A DNA stretch of 64,000 nt, from contig JAQFVV010000004.1 of assembly GCA_028023455.1 (NCBI GenBank), positions 2,914,001 through 2,978,000 of the forward strand, read 5' to 3'. Positions 26,731 through 39,489 of this stretch are shown here, one piece after another (the first letter of the stretch is position 1; the number at the start of each line of letters is the position of its first letter). The translations under genes were made by a program, and so were the position numbers. The notes below the pieces were generated by a model, which saw nothing but the letters and a program-made list of their open reading frames with translations, was not told where the DNA came from and searched no databases. Source of the stretch: Epiperipatus broadwayi. Lineage: Eukaryota > Animalia > Onychophora.

Positions 26731-27468
26731 ATTAAGTATTGAATATCTTTCAAAAAAATTAACTTTATTTAAATATTCCAATTACATTCAACTGTTAGTA
26801 ATAAGCACACCAGTTAGTATATGCACAATGTTTTGAGAAGTATTAATGTCACCTATTCTTTAGGTGTTGCAGGCCTAACCAGTAACAGTAGTAGCATGGA
26901 AATTGAAGCTGGACCCTTTAGATTCTTGAATATTGAATTTTATGATAATGCTCTAATCAACAAACTCCAACATTCAGGAAATACAGATGTACATGATACC
27001 ATTCAATTAGCTGTTTTATTCATGGATGTGATGTAAACTTGAAAGTTGGTGAAGAAGTTTTAGAATATATTTCTATGCATAATACACCTACAGGTATTGA
27101 TATTTTCATTCAATACAATTTAGCATTAAAAACACTAGTTTCTCTTACAACTGATGGTGATCTGGCCATGGCTGATGTTCTTAAAGGGTTTGTTACAAAA
27201 GAAGAATGGAATGACTATTTTCAACATTTTCATTGCATTATTCATTAGCAAATTCTGTGATCCAAAGTTTTAATAGTGGACATATGCTGAAAAATATCAT
27301 TGAAATTGTAAATTATATTCTTGCAGTTGCCATTAATCATTGTCAGTTTGTTAAATTTCTAGAAAACATAGGAAGTGAATATACAGATAATCTTTATTGT
27401 ACAGAAATTAGATGGCTTTTCAGTCATAATGTTTTGAAGTGATTCTTCAAATTGCAGAATGAAACAAC

Positions 27469-27571
27469 TTTTTTTTTATGTGTCAAAGCATCGGTCAAGA
27501 AGTGAACCCACAGACTCAAGACAAGTGCTTGTAAGGTGGCTGTGCTGACCACTCAGCCACCAACACTTGAC
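27469..27571 (-). mobile_element. tRNA-Gly-derived SINE, copy 4 (inside hAT transposase)
   Basis: Family sequence with T tail; TSD AAACAACT. Confidence 0.8.
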
Positions 27572-28582
27572 AAAACAACTATTTTTTTAGAATTAAAAAC
27601 TTATAAATGTTGCAAAATGATAAATGAATAAGGGACTTAACTTTTTCATTGATATTACAAATTACCTTAGTCAACTTAATCTTAAACTACAAGGCAAACA
27701 TCATATAATCACAATGTTATTTGACAATATTAATGTTTTCAAATAAAATTATTACTTTGGGAAAAACAACTTCAAATTGAAAATAAGTCTCATTTCGAAT
27801 GTTACCAGTCATTATTATAAAAATCACTGGAGTTGAAATTTTCAGAATGTGCTAGCCAAATTGTAATATTAGAAAATGAATTTGATACCTTTTTGGATTT
27901 CAAAAATGGTGAAACTCAATTTCATCTATTTACTTCTCTATCAATTAACATTGAAACTGTAGAGGATAATTTACAGCTGGAATTAATTAAAATTCAATGT
28001 GATTTCATATTAAAACAAAAATATATAGAATTTGGTATTCCAAATTTCTATAATTATTTATCAGTTGACCAATTTCCCAATACATTGTATGCCATGAGAC
28101 ATATTTTAGCCATGTTCAGACACATATATTTGTGTCAAAAAAATAATAAAACCACAGAAAGATCAAAATTAATGAATCAGCATATACAATCAATTTTAGA
28201 AGTATTTACAAAATTAACCAAATTTTGAAGAGTTGCTTAATGAAAAACTATGCTGTTTTTTCACAAATATAAAGCAATATTATTGAATTAAATGATGTTG
28301 ATTTGAAAAATAGCTTCTGTACTTTACCCATGTTTTTAAATGTAGTTATATTTTATCATATGTTATTTTAAATGTAAAACTACAATGTTAATAATAAATA
28401 ATGTGCTTTCTTTTAATTTCTGTATTTTGTTGCAGTGCAGCCCATGACTTGATGTTAACTAGTTCAAGTGACCTCCAGTAGTAAATGAATTTGACATGCC
28501 TGGGTAAAGAGTTGACAATAATTTTGAATTATTTGCAAATTTGTCATGTATTTGAACATCATAAATTTAAAAGTCCAATTCA

Positions 28583-28760
28583 GAGAGAATTCAAATTTCT
28601 CTGAATTAAAATTGTCTATAATATTTTTCCACAATATAATTTTGCTGACACTAAAAAATTGAAAATTATATGAGAGAATTCAAATTTCTCTGAATTAAAA
28701 TTGTCTATAATATTTTTCCACAAGATAATTTTGCTGACACTAAAAAATTGAAAATTATAT
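28583..28760. repeat. Near-perfect tandem duplication, 89-bp unit x2
   Basis: GAGAGAATTCAAATTTCTCTG...GAAAATTATAT at 28583 and 28672. Confidence 0.95.
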
Positions 28761-29832
28761 AATAAAATTTCTTTAAAAATAAAAAACAAAATTAATAAAA
28801 AGTTTAACTGAATGCATGTGTAAGTCTGAATATATATATATATATAAACACATATACATGAAAAAGGAAGATGAAAGGTGACTTTAAAAATATATTATTA
28901 AATATAATTTGATTTTAGTTATAATGTCTTAACAAATTTATCCATGAATGTCCAATGCATAAAACATTTTTCAGTGTCAAAAACCTTTTAACTCCTAAGT
29001 AAGATCACGTGTTAATTAGAAACCAATGTTAAAATAAGTTTAATAAATTACATAGAAGTTCACAATACGCCTAGTTTAAAATATTTTTATTTATATTATT
29101 AACAATAAATAATAAATCAATACATTAAATATGTTTCTTAACATTTTACTAAACTCCTTTTGCACTTATATTTATCAACAAATTCTTTTATAATGCAATG
29201 CTCAAATAACTTTATAATGTATTCCTACAGACCAAATAATTTAATTTTGATTTTATATACTTTTAACATAACACAGAAAAAAATAACTTTGCTCTTTCAA
29301 CCTGTTAATTATTAATTTCCCCCTCTCTTTTTTGAAAGACCCCAGTGAGAATTGGTCATATTTGCAGCCATTTTATTTATACAATGAAATTTTTGTTCTA
29401 AACATATATTAATAATCTTTACATTATTTATTATAAATATAAGCTTACAAATGCAAGACATGCTAAAAGTTAATATTTGAACTTTGTAAAATAGAAAAAT
29501 AAAGTACTAAACTGAATCCTGAACTATAACAATGGAACTTTTTATTATAGGATTATAATCTTATCTATTCATAAAAATCCTGTAAATGAAAATATTTCTT
29601 ATTTGAATTATATTTTTAAAATATATAATGAATTTTAGTTAAAATATTATAAAAGAATGAAAATATGTTTTAAAAGTAAAAATTATAATTTCACAAAAAA
29701 TTATTGATCTGTGTTTATTATAGAAAATTATTGGTAGCCAGTTAAAACAGCTTTATCTTTTATCATATCTTTTTACAATTTGTTTTCTTAAAAACAAACA
29801 TTTAAAGTTAAAATCTAACTGTATTTCACTAT

Positions 29833-29875
29833 TTTTTTTTCCATATGTCAAAGCACCGGCCGGGGAGCCAATGCT
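29833..29875 (-). mobile_element. tRNA-Gly SINE, internally deleted copy 5
   Basis: T tail + CCATATGTCAAAGCACCGGCCGGGGAG joined to CCAATGCTT (both ends only). Confidence 0.6.
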
Positions 29876-31865
29876 TTAACATATGGAGAAAAAATAGTGA
29901 ATTACTGTTAGATTTTATTTTTAAATGTTTATAATTCACTATTTGTTTGAGTTCAAATAAGTATTTGCATAAATAAGCTTAATTATGTTAATGTTAATAA
30001 ACTACTGCAAATTATATATTTTTCTTTTCAAAATACTAAAATAAATATATTCAAAAATGCCTTGAGGTCAAATAATCTACCAATTAGTGATTCCCAGGCA
30101 TTGGCGGTTTTATTTCATATTGAACTTTTGTACGAGATCTGTATGATACTGACATCTTCAGATATTTTAAAACACAATTTATTTATTTTTTAAAAAAAGA
30201 AAAACCAGTGAACTAGCATTATAGATAACCACAAAATAATGAAGATAAGCTGAAGTGAAAGCAGCAGCATCATAATTCCCAAAACACCTCAAAATAACGT
30301 ATTTTGTAGTGATAAGCAAAAACTATGTTAATAGAATTTTAAAAATATTACAATATAAAATCAGTCATAAACATTACAATCAAAATCACTTCTCTAAAAC
30401 TCAAATATTATGTACACTTTAATATACAATGTAGTTAGATCTTTGATTAAATAAACATTATTTATAACTAATGCTTTCTGTACTTCTGATACTGCTACAA
30501 TGGAATTTACCAATAAGTCACCACTATAAATATCCTGCAATGTCTATGGAATCAGAAAGATATTTGAGAGATCATATATACACAAGATAGAGTTAGACAC
30601 TATTATGTAATGCCATGTTGCACAACCTATTAAAATATATTGTTGTCAGAAAACAATTTAACAATAAAAATTATTAAAAATATAATTAAATGGTTTGTTG
30701 TATGGACATTTATAAAATATCTTAGTAGAAATAGTAGAATTTTACTACAATCCATGAATCTTTAGTTCTCAAATACACAAATCTATAACCACACTAAAAA
30801 CAGTACAAAAATATAGATGTCTACCTAATAAAGAATTGAACCTTGGTTTCCTACAAGACAAGGTGGATACTTTTCACTTTATAAATGAAAGTCTTTTTAA
30901 ATAAATTCCGTAATTTTTTTAAAACAAATCATTAATTCTTTAAATTGTTTTTTTTTTTTACAAAAATAAACAATAATTAAGAACAATTTTCTTTTTAAGA
31001 ACTCTTCCAAACGATTTCATGTTAACATGGATCTATTTATTATGCATTGAAAAAAAAAAAAAAATGAAGAATCTTCACGATAACTTTTAAAAAAAAGTTT
31101 TCAAATCATTTTTTTGTTTTAAAAAATGTGTAATATATCTATATAAATAAGAGAAACTTCATTGTATTATTACCATTACTCTCATTTTCCTGAATGTTTT
31201 GTTTTTGGTCCCAGAGGTACGTCCATACAATCATTATCATCACTTATTAATTCAATCTTTTGTGTAAATTATGTTGAGGACCGGATATTTATAATCCTTT
31301 TATTAATTTTAAGTCTTTATACTGTTTATAAAATGCCACATTCATTTTATTATTTAGTCTAGCAGATAATGTCAATAATTTCTGTTTAACTTCTTTGTTA
31401 TTAATAACTATTAAAGAATGTTGGAATTTTTGTTTTAATGAATTCATAAACTAAAATGAATTATATGCTTAGTAGCAAAATAAAATTTAAAATACAAATT
31501 CGCAATTTTAATATTTAGTACTTTTAAACACTATAAAAATTAACAATTGCTTCTAAGATTAATAATTGTTTCTAAACATTAATTTCAAAATGTTTATTAA
31601 TATATTTGGAATAGGAGACCTATTTTAAATGTTATTGCCGTTTTAACCTTGAATCATACCATATACAATTAGTGCTAACATACATGATCTACAATATGCC
31701 AATGTATGCATATATATACCAGTTTGAAATAATTTACGGTGAGACAAAGACCTTGCCAGTAATTTACCAATGAGAAACAATGAAAAAGAATATAATAATC
31801 ATCAAACTTAGTCAAGACACACCAAATAAAAACTTTTCTTATAATTAATGAATAAAAGTGTTAAT

Positions 31866-32132
31866 TAATATAAGGAGTGCACCAATAGCTCAAACAAGCT
31901 CTTAATTGATAAGTGCGGTAAGAGAAAAATATTTAAAATCTCTATCTAAAACATTACAAGACCAATTGGTTTCGAGCTTTTGGCTCACCTCAGTGAGGCG
32001 CTAGAATTTTCCTATCTCCTCACTAAGATGGTAGAAGATAGAAATGTTCTAAATAGAGATTTTACATATTTTTCTTTTACTGCACTTATCAATTAAGAGC
32101 TTGTTTGAGCTATTGGTACGCTCCCTATATTA
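31866..32132. mobile_element. Foldback repeat (~85-bp arms) with hammerhead-like motif in the spacer
   Basis: GGAGTGCACCAATAGCTCAAACAAGCTCTTAATTGATAAGTGC versus its reverse complement at 32082-32124. Spacer motif on the minus strand at 31955-31998. Confidence 0.8.
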
Positions 32133-32894
32133 CACATTTGCTATATATGACTTGCTTTATTGATTATTAAGTGTTAATTAAATATTAATCATGTAACAAT
32201 TTTAAATTTCAGAAATAGTTTTAATTACCTTATAATCATTATCAATTGTTAATATTTTTTTTTAATTTGCTGAAAATAAACATTCTCAAGTAGAATCTGA
32301 AAATTCGTGAATTTTAAATGACTATTAATTATAAGGTCTTATTTCTATTTATAAAAACTGTTTCAAGATATGGGTCCCATGCCATCCAGAGCATCCCTAG
32401 TTATGATAAGGAAATGGTGACCAGATATGAAGGTTAAATGTGAATAAGCAAAGTACTGTAAATAGGGACTTTGCTGACAATAGAACAACATTCTCTATCA
32501 GGAAGTGGTAAAGAGGACAGTGGCCTGTTTACTTTTATAAAATGCTATAGTGGGTGTCATCATTAAATAAGTCAATACTCTTCTGGATGCTGGATTATGA
32601 AAAGAATTATTTCAAGTCGGTAGAAGATTAACTATAGTGACAATGGTAAGAAGGAAGTGGTAGACAGGTGTTCATTTTATGAAATTCAGCTAGCATTTTA
32701 AGCTTGTTATGGATATTATTACTGCGTAAAGAAGGCAACATGAAATGACTTTGCTTGATAATTATTTTGTTTTATTATGAGTATGTCTACATGAATCATT
32801 ACATTTGGTGTTGAGTTTTTAGTTAAGGATCATTTTGTTATTTTACTCAAGTCACAAACCTGAAAAATCCTCATAAAGTTCATTCACTGAGAAA

Positions 32895-33110
32895 AGACAC
32901 ATTGAGAATTGGCATGTGGAATGTTAGACAAGAGCTGGGAAATTGGAAAATTTGAAAAGTGAGGCAAGTATAAATAATATTGATGTTATAGGATTAAGTA
33001 AGGTGATGTGGGAAGGATGTGGGAAAGTAAGTAGGGGAAATGTTAAGTTATTTTATTCAAGTGATGATAGATCAATTAATGGCATTGGCATTATTGTATA
33101 TAAGCATTCT
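32895..33110 (+). mobile_element. RTE-clade LINE 5-prime AP endonuclease fragment
   Basis: RIGMWNVR..GKLENLKSE...IDVIGLSKVMWEGCG...LFYS...GIGII matches the RTE APE start (IGTWNVR, GKLE, IDILG.SE.RW.G.G, GVGI). Confidence 0.8.
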
Positions 33111-33890
33111 AAAGGTGCATGTGAGAGGTTTTCAGCCTTTCACTTTAATTACGAACTACTTGCACTTAATAAATAATATTTACATATGTTACTGTCAATT
33201 CATAAGATCTGAAAAATTACTTTGTAGTAAATCAAAAGATTTCACATTGTTGATTTATAAATAATACGCAGTGAGTTAGATGTGAAGATGTTTAAAGCTT
33301 CATGCTCTTAAGTCAAAATGCTTCAGACTGGCTTATATATATATATAGAAATTTAAGTTAAAGATAAGGGTGAAACCATCTTTTTCTTATAAAATCTCTG
33401 TCTGGTGTTGTGATTTAAGAGCTCCCTATACAATCATCATTATATCTGATTGGCTGTTATATGAGCATTCTAAAAGTGCATGCGAGAAGTTTTCAGCCTT
33501 TCACTTTAATTATGAACTGTTGCACTTAATAAATAATATTTACACATTACTATCAATTCATAAGATCTGAAAATTTATTTCATAGTAAATCGAAAGATTT
33601 TGCATTGTTGATTTATAAATAATACACAGTGAGTTAGATGTGAAGATGTTTAAAGCTTCACGTTCTTAAGTCAAAATGCATCAGACTGGCTTATATATAT
33701 ATATAGAAATTTAAATAATGAACCACCTTTTTCTTATAAAGTCTTTGTCTTGTGTTGTGACTTAAGAGCTTCCTATACAATCATCATTACATCTGATTGG
33801 TTGTCATATAAGCATTCTAAAAGCACATGTGAGAGGTTTTCAGCTTTTCACTTTAATTATAAACTGCTTGTGCTTAATAAATAATATTTA
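33099..33890 (+). repeat. Tandem array, ~350-360-bp unit x ~2.3
   Basis: Unit starts TA(T)(A/G)AGCATTCTAAA at ~33099, ~33459 and ~33807. Confidence 0.9.
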
Positions 33891-34199
33891 GATATGTGTT
33901 TTTAATAAATATAGGTTGAGCATTTGAAATATATGCAAGTTATATCACTTTTTCATCAACTATACATTGTTTGAAACATACGTGTTATTCTTTTTAAATT
34001 GACATTGAGCATTTCTAATTCTTGTTCCCAAATTCAATGAACTCTAGTAAAATTTGCAATAATTTGTGACATTATATTTATAATAATGTAATTTATTTTT
34101 ATAAACAACAACAAAATATATATATAGGTTTTCCATCTTATGTGTAATTGTAACTTTTGATTTTTGATTATATATATACCAATCAATCAATAGTATTCT

Positions 34200-34790
34200 T
34201 TCCAATACACAGGATCAGAGTATAGTCACAACATCAATTCATCCACTCCATTCTCTTCCTTGCCCATTTCTTCAATTCCACATAAGTCTCCCCATCTCTT
34301 ATATCATCCAGTAATGTCAATCTCTTCCATCCTTTCTTTTTATTTCACTCACCATTCCCTCCAAAACATCTTTCATTAAACTATAATTTATTCTTAATAT
34401 ATGTCCAATCCAGTTTCTCTTTCTCTCTCTCTGATATTATCAATCAATCTTCTTTCCTCATTTACTCTTTTCAAAACTTATTCATTTGTTATTTTACTCA
34501 TCCAAATGATTTTTATCATTCTTCTCCATGTCCACATCTCAAAGGCTTCTAATTGTTTCTTAATTCTATTTCTCAAAGTCCATGTCTCACAACCATACAT
34601 TAATACATTCCACACATAACATTTAATTAATATCTTCCTTAATTCTCTTTCCAAAGTCCACAAAATATCTTCTTTCTCTTCACAAATGTCTCTTTTGCCA
34701 ATGCTATTCTTCTTTTATATTCATCTTCACTCAACTAAGTACCCAAATATCTATATCCCTTCACCTATTGATCCATGTCATCATGGATTC
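34200..34790 (-). mobile_element. RTE-clade LINE 3-prime RT fragment
   Basis: ORF 34478-34663: ILIKCYVWNVLMYGCETWTL...LEAFEMWTWRRMIKI.W, a classic RTE C-terminal motif. YKYLG-like upstream; (ATTG)n-like tail. Confidence 0.9.
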
Positions 34791-35859
34791 CAATTTGCAG
34801 TCTTTTTTTTTTTGGTATTTTAATATTGAATAAATATAATATCATATGAAATTTACCAAAGTCTATTTTAAATAATATTTGAACCATTCTCTAGCTGCCA
34901 AGTTCAATAACTTTTTACAGTAAGAAATTAGATCGCTTATTACAATATTTTAAATCTTTTTATTTAGAGTTATCTAGAGCAATAACAGCTGAAGAACAAA
35001 TTTAAACCAACCTATATATTTTTGATTTTTAAATAACTGATATTAAACTTAAAAAGCAGATCTCTCACTCATTTCTAAATCTCCATAACAAATAAAAATA
35101 TATCATATATGTAATGAAAAATAATATTTTAGTATTGAAAAAATATAATGTCATATAAAATTTGCCAAGAAATGAATAAGATATCTTTGTTCTGTAAGTT
35201 TAATATCAGTTATTTAAAAATCAATTTATATTAAAATATAAAGACTGGATTAAATATACTATCTGGCTATTATTATTCTAAATAATTCTAAATAAAAAGA
35301 TTTAAAAATATAGTAAGAAATGGTTCATTTTCCTATTGTAAAAAGTTATTAAACTTAGTGGCTAGATGGCAGTCTAATTATTATTTAAAATACTTTCACA
35401 TGACATTATATTTATTCAATACTCCCCATTAGATTTCACTCCTGAAAATAAATATTTAAATGTTTCTTCAGTTTAGTCATCACGATTATATTAGAATATG
35501 ACATTTTTTAGATTTGGATTGCATGTCATTGATGTTAAATAACGTATCATCCCATTACAGTTCTAATTTCATTAAACTTTTACCTATAAATTTATTTTTT
35601 TTGTAAATATATAACTATTTGCATATATTTTGTTTTTTTAAAAAATATTAATTTTACATATATATTTATTAAATATTATTTTCCATATAACTAATTCAAT
35701 GAAAATATTTAAAAAATAAATTTATAAGGTGAAAATAAAAAAAAAAGCTTATAATCTACCTATACTAAAAAAATGTAAATGTTTGTATATGTTATATATA
35801 AATTTAAAAAAACTACAATTACTTTACCAGCTACTTTTAATATTTCAACCAGCAGATTG

Positions 35860-36055
35860 GCTTTCTCTCTATACATATTGCCACTCAGTGCAAGCCAGAG
35901 TAATCAATGGATGCCAAAAGGTTTGCACATAAAATCCCCATCTAGTGTCTACTCATCTAATATACCCAGACTAGTTTCTGGCTTGTGGTCTTTGTCAGTG
36001 AGAAGCCTTGGATTTGAAAGCATTGCACCTAGATCTCATGAGCTAATGCAACCCT
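35860..36055 (-). mobile_element. Family M MITE copy
   Basis: Reverse complement of the 13951-14153 body. Confidence 0.8.
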
Positions 36056-36159
36056 CCAGTAGCCACATTTTATCTCTACTTAACTACAAAACTATGAGTC
36101 TTAAATTGAAAACACTATAATATTTTCAATACAAGCTTATTAACTTATATAGTCATATA

Positions 36160-36280
36160 AAAATCTAGTCTGGGGATATTGGATGAGTAGGCACTAGTGG
36201 GGATTTTATGCATAAGCCTTCTGGCATCCATTGACTGCTCTGGCTTGCACTGAGTGGCAATATGTATAGATAGTTTTTGA
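36160..36280 (+). mobile_element. Family M MITE partial copy, inverted relative to 35860-36055
   Basis: CTAGTCTGGGGATATTGGATGAGTAGGCACTAG...GGCTTGCACTGAGTGGCAATATGTATAGA. Confidence 0.8.
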
Positions 36281-38908
36281 GCAAGCATAAAAAATTGTGA
36301 TCATGTGATGTTTATCGGATTGGCTTTCATTAGAAAATACAACTAAATAGCTTCTTCTAAACTTAAATATTAATAATCACTTGCTATATATTAATAATTT
36401 TTTATTATTAATTATTTATATTTAATATGTCAACCAATAATATATTTTCTTAATTTTGAGATTTAAAATAAATATACAATAAATTTTGTTCCAACTTATA
36501 TATAATATTGTCCATATGTTTTTTTTTTTTTTTTTTGTAAAAAAAAATAACTAAAATATTTACCAACATAGATCAGCCATTGATTGATAAAAAAAAGTCT
36601 ATAAACTACAGAAATTTATTAAATGATCATATAAGCAAATGATTTTTAAAGTTTATGTTTTGAAGGAAGCCATTTGGCTGTATTTCTTGGTGAAAGCCTG
36701 AATTCTAGTTGAAATATTAAAAGTAATTATGGTTTTTTATTTATTCATTTATATATTATCTTTACGCTAGTTTTTATATATTTTATTGTTCTCATATATA
36801 TATATATTAAAGAATAAATTTAAATACACATGTATTTTATTTTTATAATTATATTATATTTCAAATTAATGAAAAATAAATTTAAAATTGAAATAACTAT
36901 AAAAATACATCAAACGACTTTTCTCTTTAAGTATAATGTATTCAATGCCTATATAAATTTCTAGAGCTTGAATTTAAGCTTTAATGTTTTATTTTTTTGA
37001 TCTACCCTTGCCATCTATGAACCAAAGTGGAAACTAAAATATAAAATCACTATCATTAAAATAACCATTCAATGCAAAAGTGTGAATAATTTTTTCCAGT
37101 TTTTGGTCAATTTAAAGTCATAATATAAGATGATGATTTTAACTGGTAAAACTATTTCATTTAGTTGCATTCCAATCATTCAAAAAGATATTAAAGGCTG
37201 GTTAATTATAAATATGATATGTTTATATGATATGGTTATGTAAAAAATATGACTGACTAGTTGGCATCACACATGACATAGAAAAGATATTGTAGAGAAA
37301 AAAGTGATGCCTGATTATAGTAAAAAAAAATAATATGTCTGTAGAATTTACATCTTTATAATTAATTTTAAGAATTTTAATTTTTTTGTTTGTTTACTTT
37401 TTTTTCAATAGTATATAAGTGAAGGCAATAAACGGGGCAACTTCATTATATTTTAAAAATGTAGAATAAATTGTATAAGCTATGATTTTCTCATAGTCAA
37501 CAAAACAACATTGATTTAATAAGACAGTAGAGCGCATGTGTAGTAGTTGATTATTGCTGTTTAGAATTACAGTTTGAAACTGCACTAGCAAATATCTTAG
37601 TCAAGTACATTAATAGCAAGTACAGTAAATATATTTTTATTAAACATTTATTATTTTTCTTAAAAGTAATAAGAAAAAATGACAAGTATAATAATTATAA
37701 TATATTAATTTGTTATTAACAGCAACATTGGGATAAAATAAGTAAATTAATAGATAATTAATATTTTTTCTTTTAACGTTAAATGACGTTTTTACTTACT
37801 TCAAATAATTAAAATATTAAAAAAACATTAGAACATGTAAAAAGTATGTCTTAGTAGAATTTCAAGTATAATATTATATATGTATTTGTAAAAAACAACT
37901 GATGGTTGCCATTATCATCAGAAAATTCATATAAACTTTCAAGATGTATAGTAATATGAAAGAGAAAAATCATTTAATCACATTTATTTTAAATTAAAAT
38001 AATAAATACAGTAAAACAACAAAAAACTGTTAAACACTTATAAAAAATTAAGACTGAAGCAGTTTTATTTATTTATGCTAATTGATTGTGATTTTTATGT
38101 TTATCACATATAGTTTGTATTTTTCATCTAATACATTATCTTTAATCAGAAACATGATTAAACATAACGAATATAATACTTTACAACTTTAAAACAGTTG
38201 CATCAAAATTTATTTATTCTAAAAAAAATAAATTAAAAAGATTAATATTGTAATAGATTAAAATTAAAAGCCTACAAAAATTTTCGTATATTAGTTACTA
38301 TACTTTTATTACCCCCCCTCCCCGCATATTTATTGAATTCATAATTTTTATGTCATCACTATTTTTTATGTGTTAAATAAACCTTTGTGTTTATTTAATT
38401 TATATTTTTTGTTTATTTATGATCTTAAATAGTGTAGCACACACAATGCTTAAATATATTTGAACCAAAATCTAAATAAAGTGCTGAAATTTTAATGGAG
38501 TATTGTTCCAGACAACATTATTAGCATGATTATTATGGGTCCGTCTCCATCTTTTTATATTAATTCATTTAATACATTAGTTTTTCAGAACCAATATGTA
38601 AGCAATTTATATAAAGAAGGTAACAAACTATTGGTCACATGCTTTTAAGAATTAAAGTGCATTTTCCCATGATCATCAGTATAAAAGCATAAGTGAACCA
38701 CCCATGTTTAGAGCTCATCATTATATAAGTCAACCATTGCTCCATCCTAAGATCAGGGCCCTAAGTGCATGTTCAGAGGTTTGTTATCTTCTTTATATTA
38801 CATACATAGTCAACCCTAAATAAATAGAGTATTTATTACTGTAAGCAATTTATGTAGTTTTGATTAAAGAAGTGAAATTAAGAAAAGTTACACGATTTTG
38901 TTTCTGTT

Positions 38909-39007
38909 ATATCCCTAATCATAATCTGGGCTATTAAGTTTATATTTTAATTTGCACTGTATATCCCTAATCATAATCTGGGCTATTAAGATTATATTTT
39001 AATTTGC
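38909..39007. repeat. Tandem duplication, ~52-bp unit x2
   Basis: ATATCCCTAATCATAATCTGGGCTATTAAG(T/A)TTATATTTTAATTTGC occurs twice. Confidence 0.9.
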
Positions 39008-39489
39008 TAAATACCATACAATATTTTGATGAATATTGATTTAAGATATAATATACATTATCAACATGAAATGTATTTCTTGGTAAATTATTAATAAAGT
39101 CTGGCTATCCTTATAATTCCTATTAGTTGTAGCATGTAATGAATTAATTATTAATCATAAATTGAACAATATTTGCTATGATGTTAACATTGTTTGGTGC
39201 TTTAGAGATGATGCACAGTGGAATAATTGTATTCATGGTATTTGATTCTAAAGTTTCTTATGACTATCTTCGGTTCATGGATAATACTAAATGCTATATA
39301 ATATATAGTATGTTCATGCACTAAATATACGTACAAATGAAGACGTGGTCAATATAGTTTAATAAAAAATATAGAACATTCTTTCTAATGCACATGTATT
39401 ATGTACATATATACTAATCATAGAAATATCAAAAACAATATGTATACATATCAAGATATAATTAAATACATGTGTAGTATGTATACTTA

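Larger units (their letters stand above)
25655..26965 (-). mobile_element. Family E copy 2, split by nested family H and P insertions
   Basis: 26725-26965 is the reverse complement of 22865-23090. 25655-25695 matches the E 3-prime end. Confidence 0.7.
24122..28502 (+). mobile_element. hAT (Charlie/SPIN-type) DNA transposon, full span, transposase pseudogenised and interrupted
   Basis: Left TIR TAGACATGTCAAAC, right TIR reverse complement CAGGCATGTCAAAT. 8-bp flanks AGCAAAGA / GGTAAAGA (6/8). Peptides ISLSRNTIA, DTIQLAVFIHG, LVSLTTDG, FHCIIH, TEIRWL, LNLKLQGK. Confidence 0.9.

Noticed and set aside
26821-27036. ORF as part of the hAT transposase
   Set aside because: Its first ~50 codons are the antisense of a family E copy. 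Only the DVHDTIQLAVF end is hAT.
30190-30295. Hydrophobic minus-strand exon (VLGIMMLLLSLQLIFIILWLSIMLVHW)
   Set aside because: Weak splice sites, and hydrophobic translation is expected from T-rich DNA.
32895-34790. Single RTE with twin-priming inversion
   Set aside because: The pieces converge with the 3-prime tail internal, which is the wrong geometry. They are treated as separate or rearranged fragments.
35779-36120. 113-aa ORF
   Set aside because: It lies across a family M MITE and is not a coding gene.
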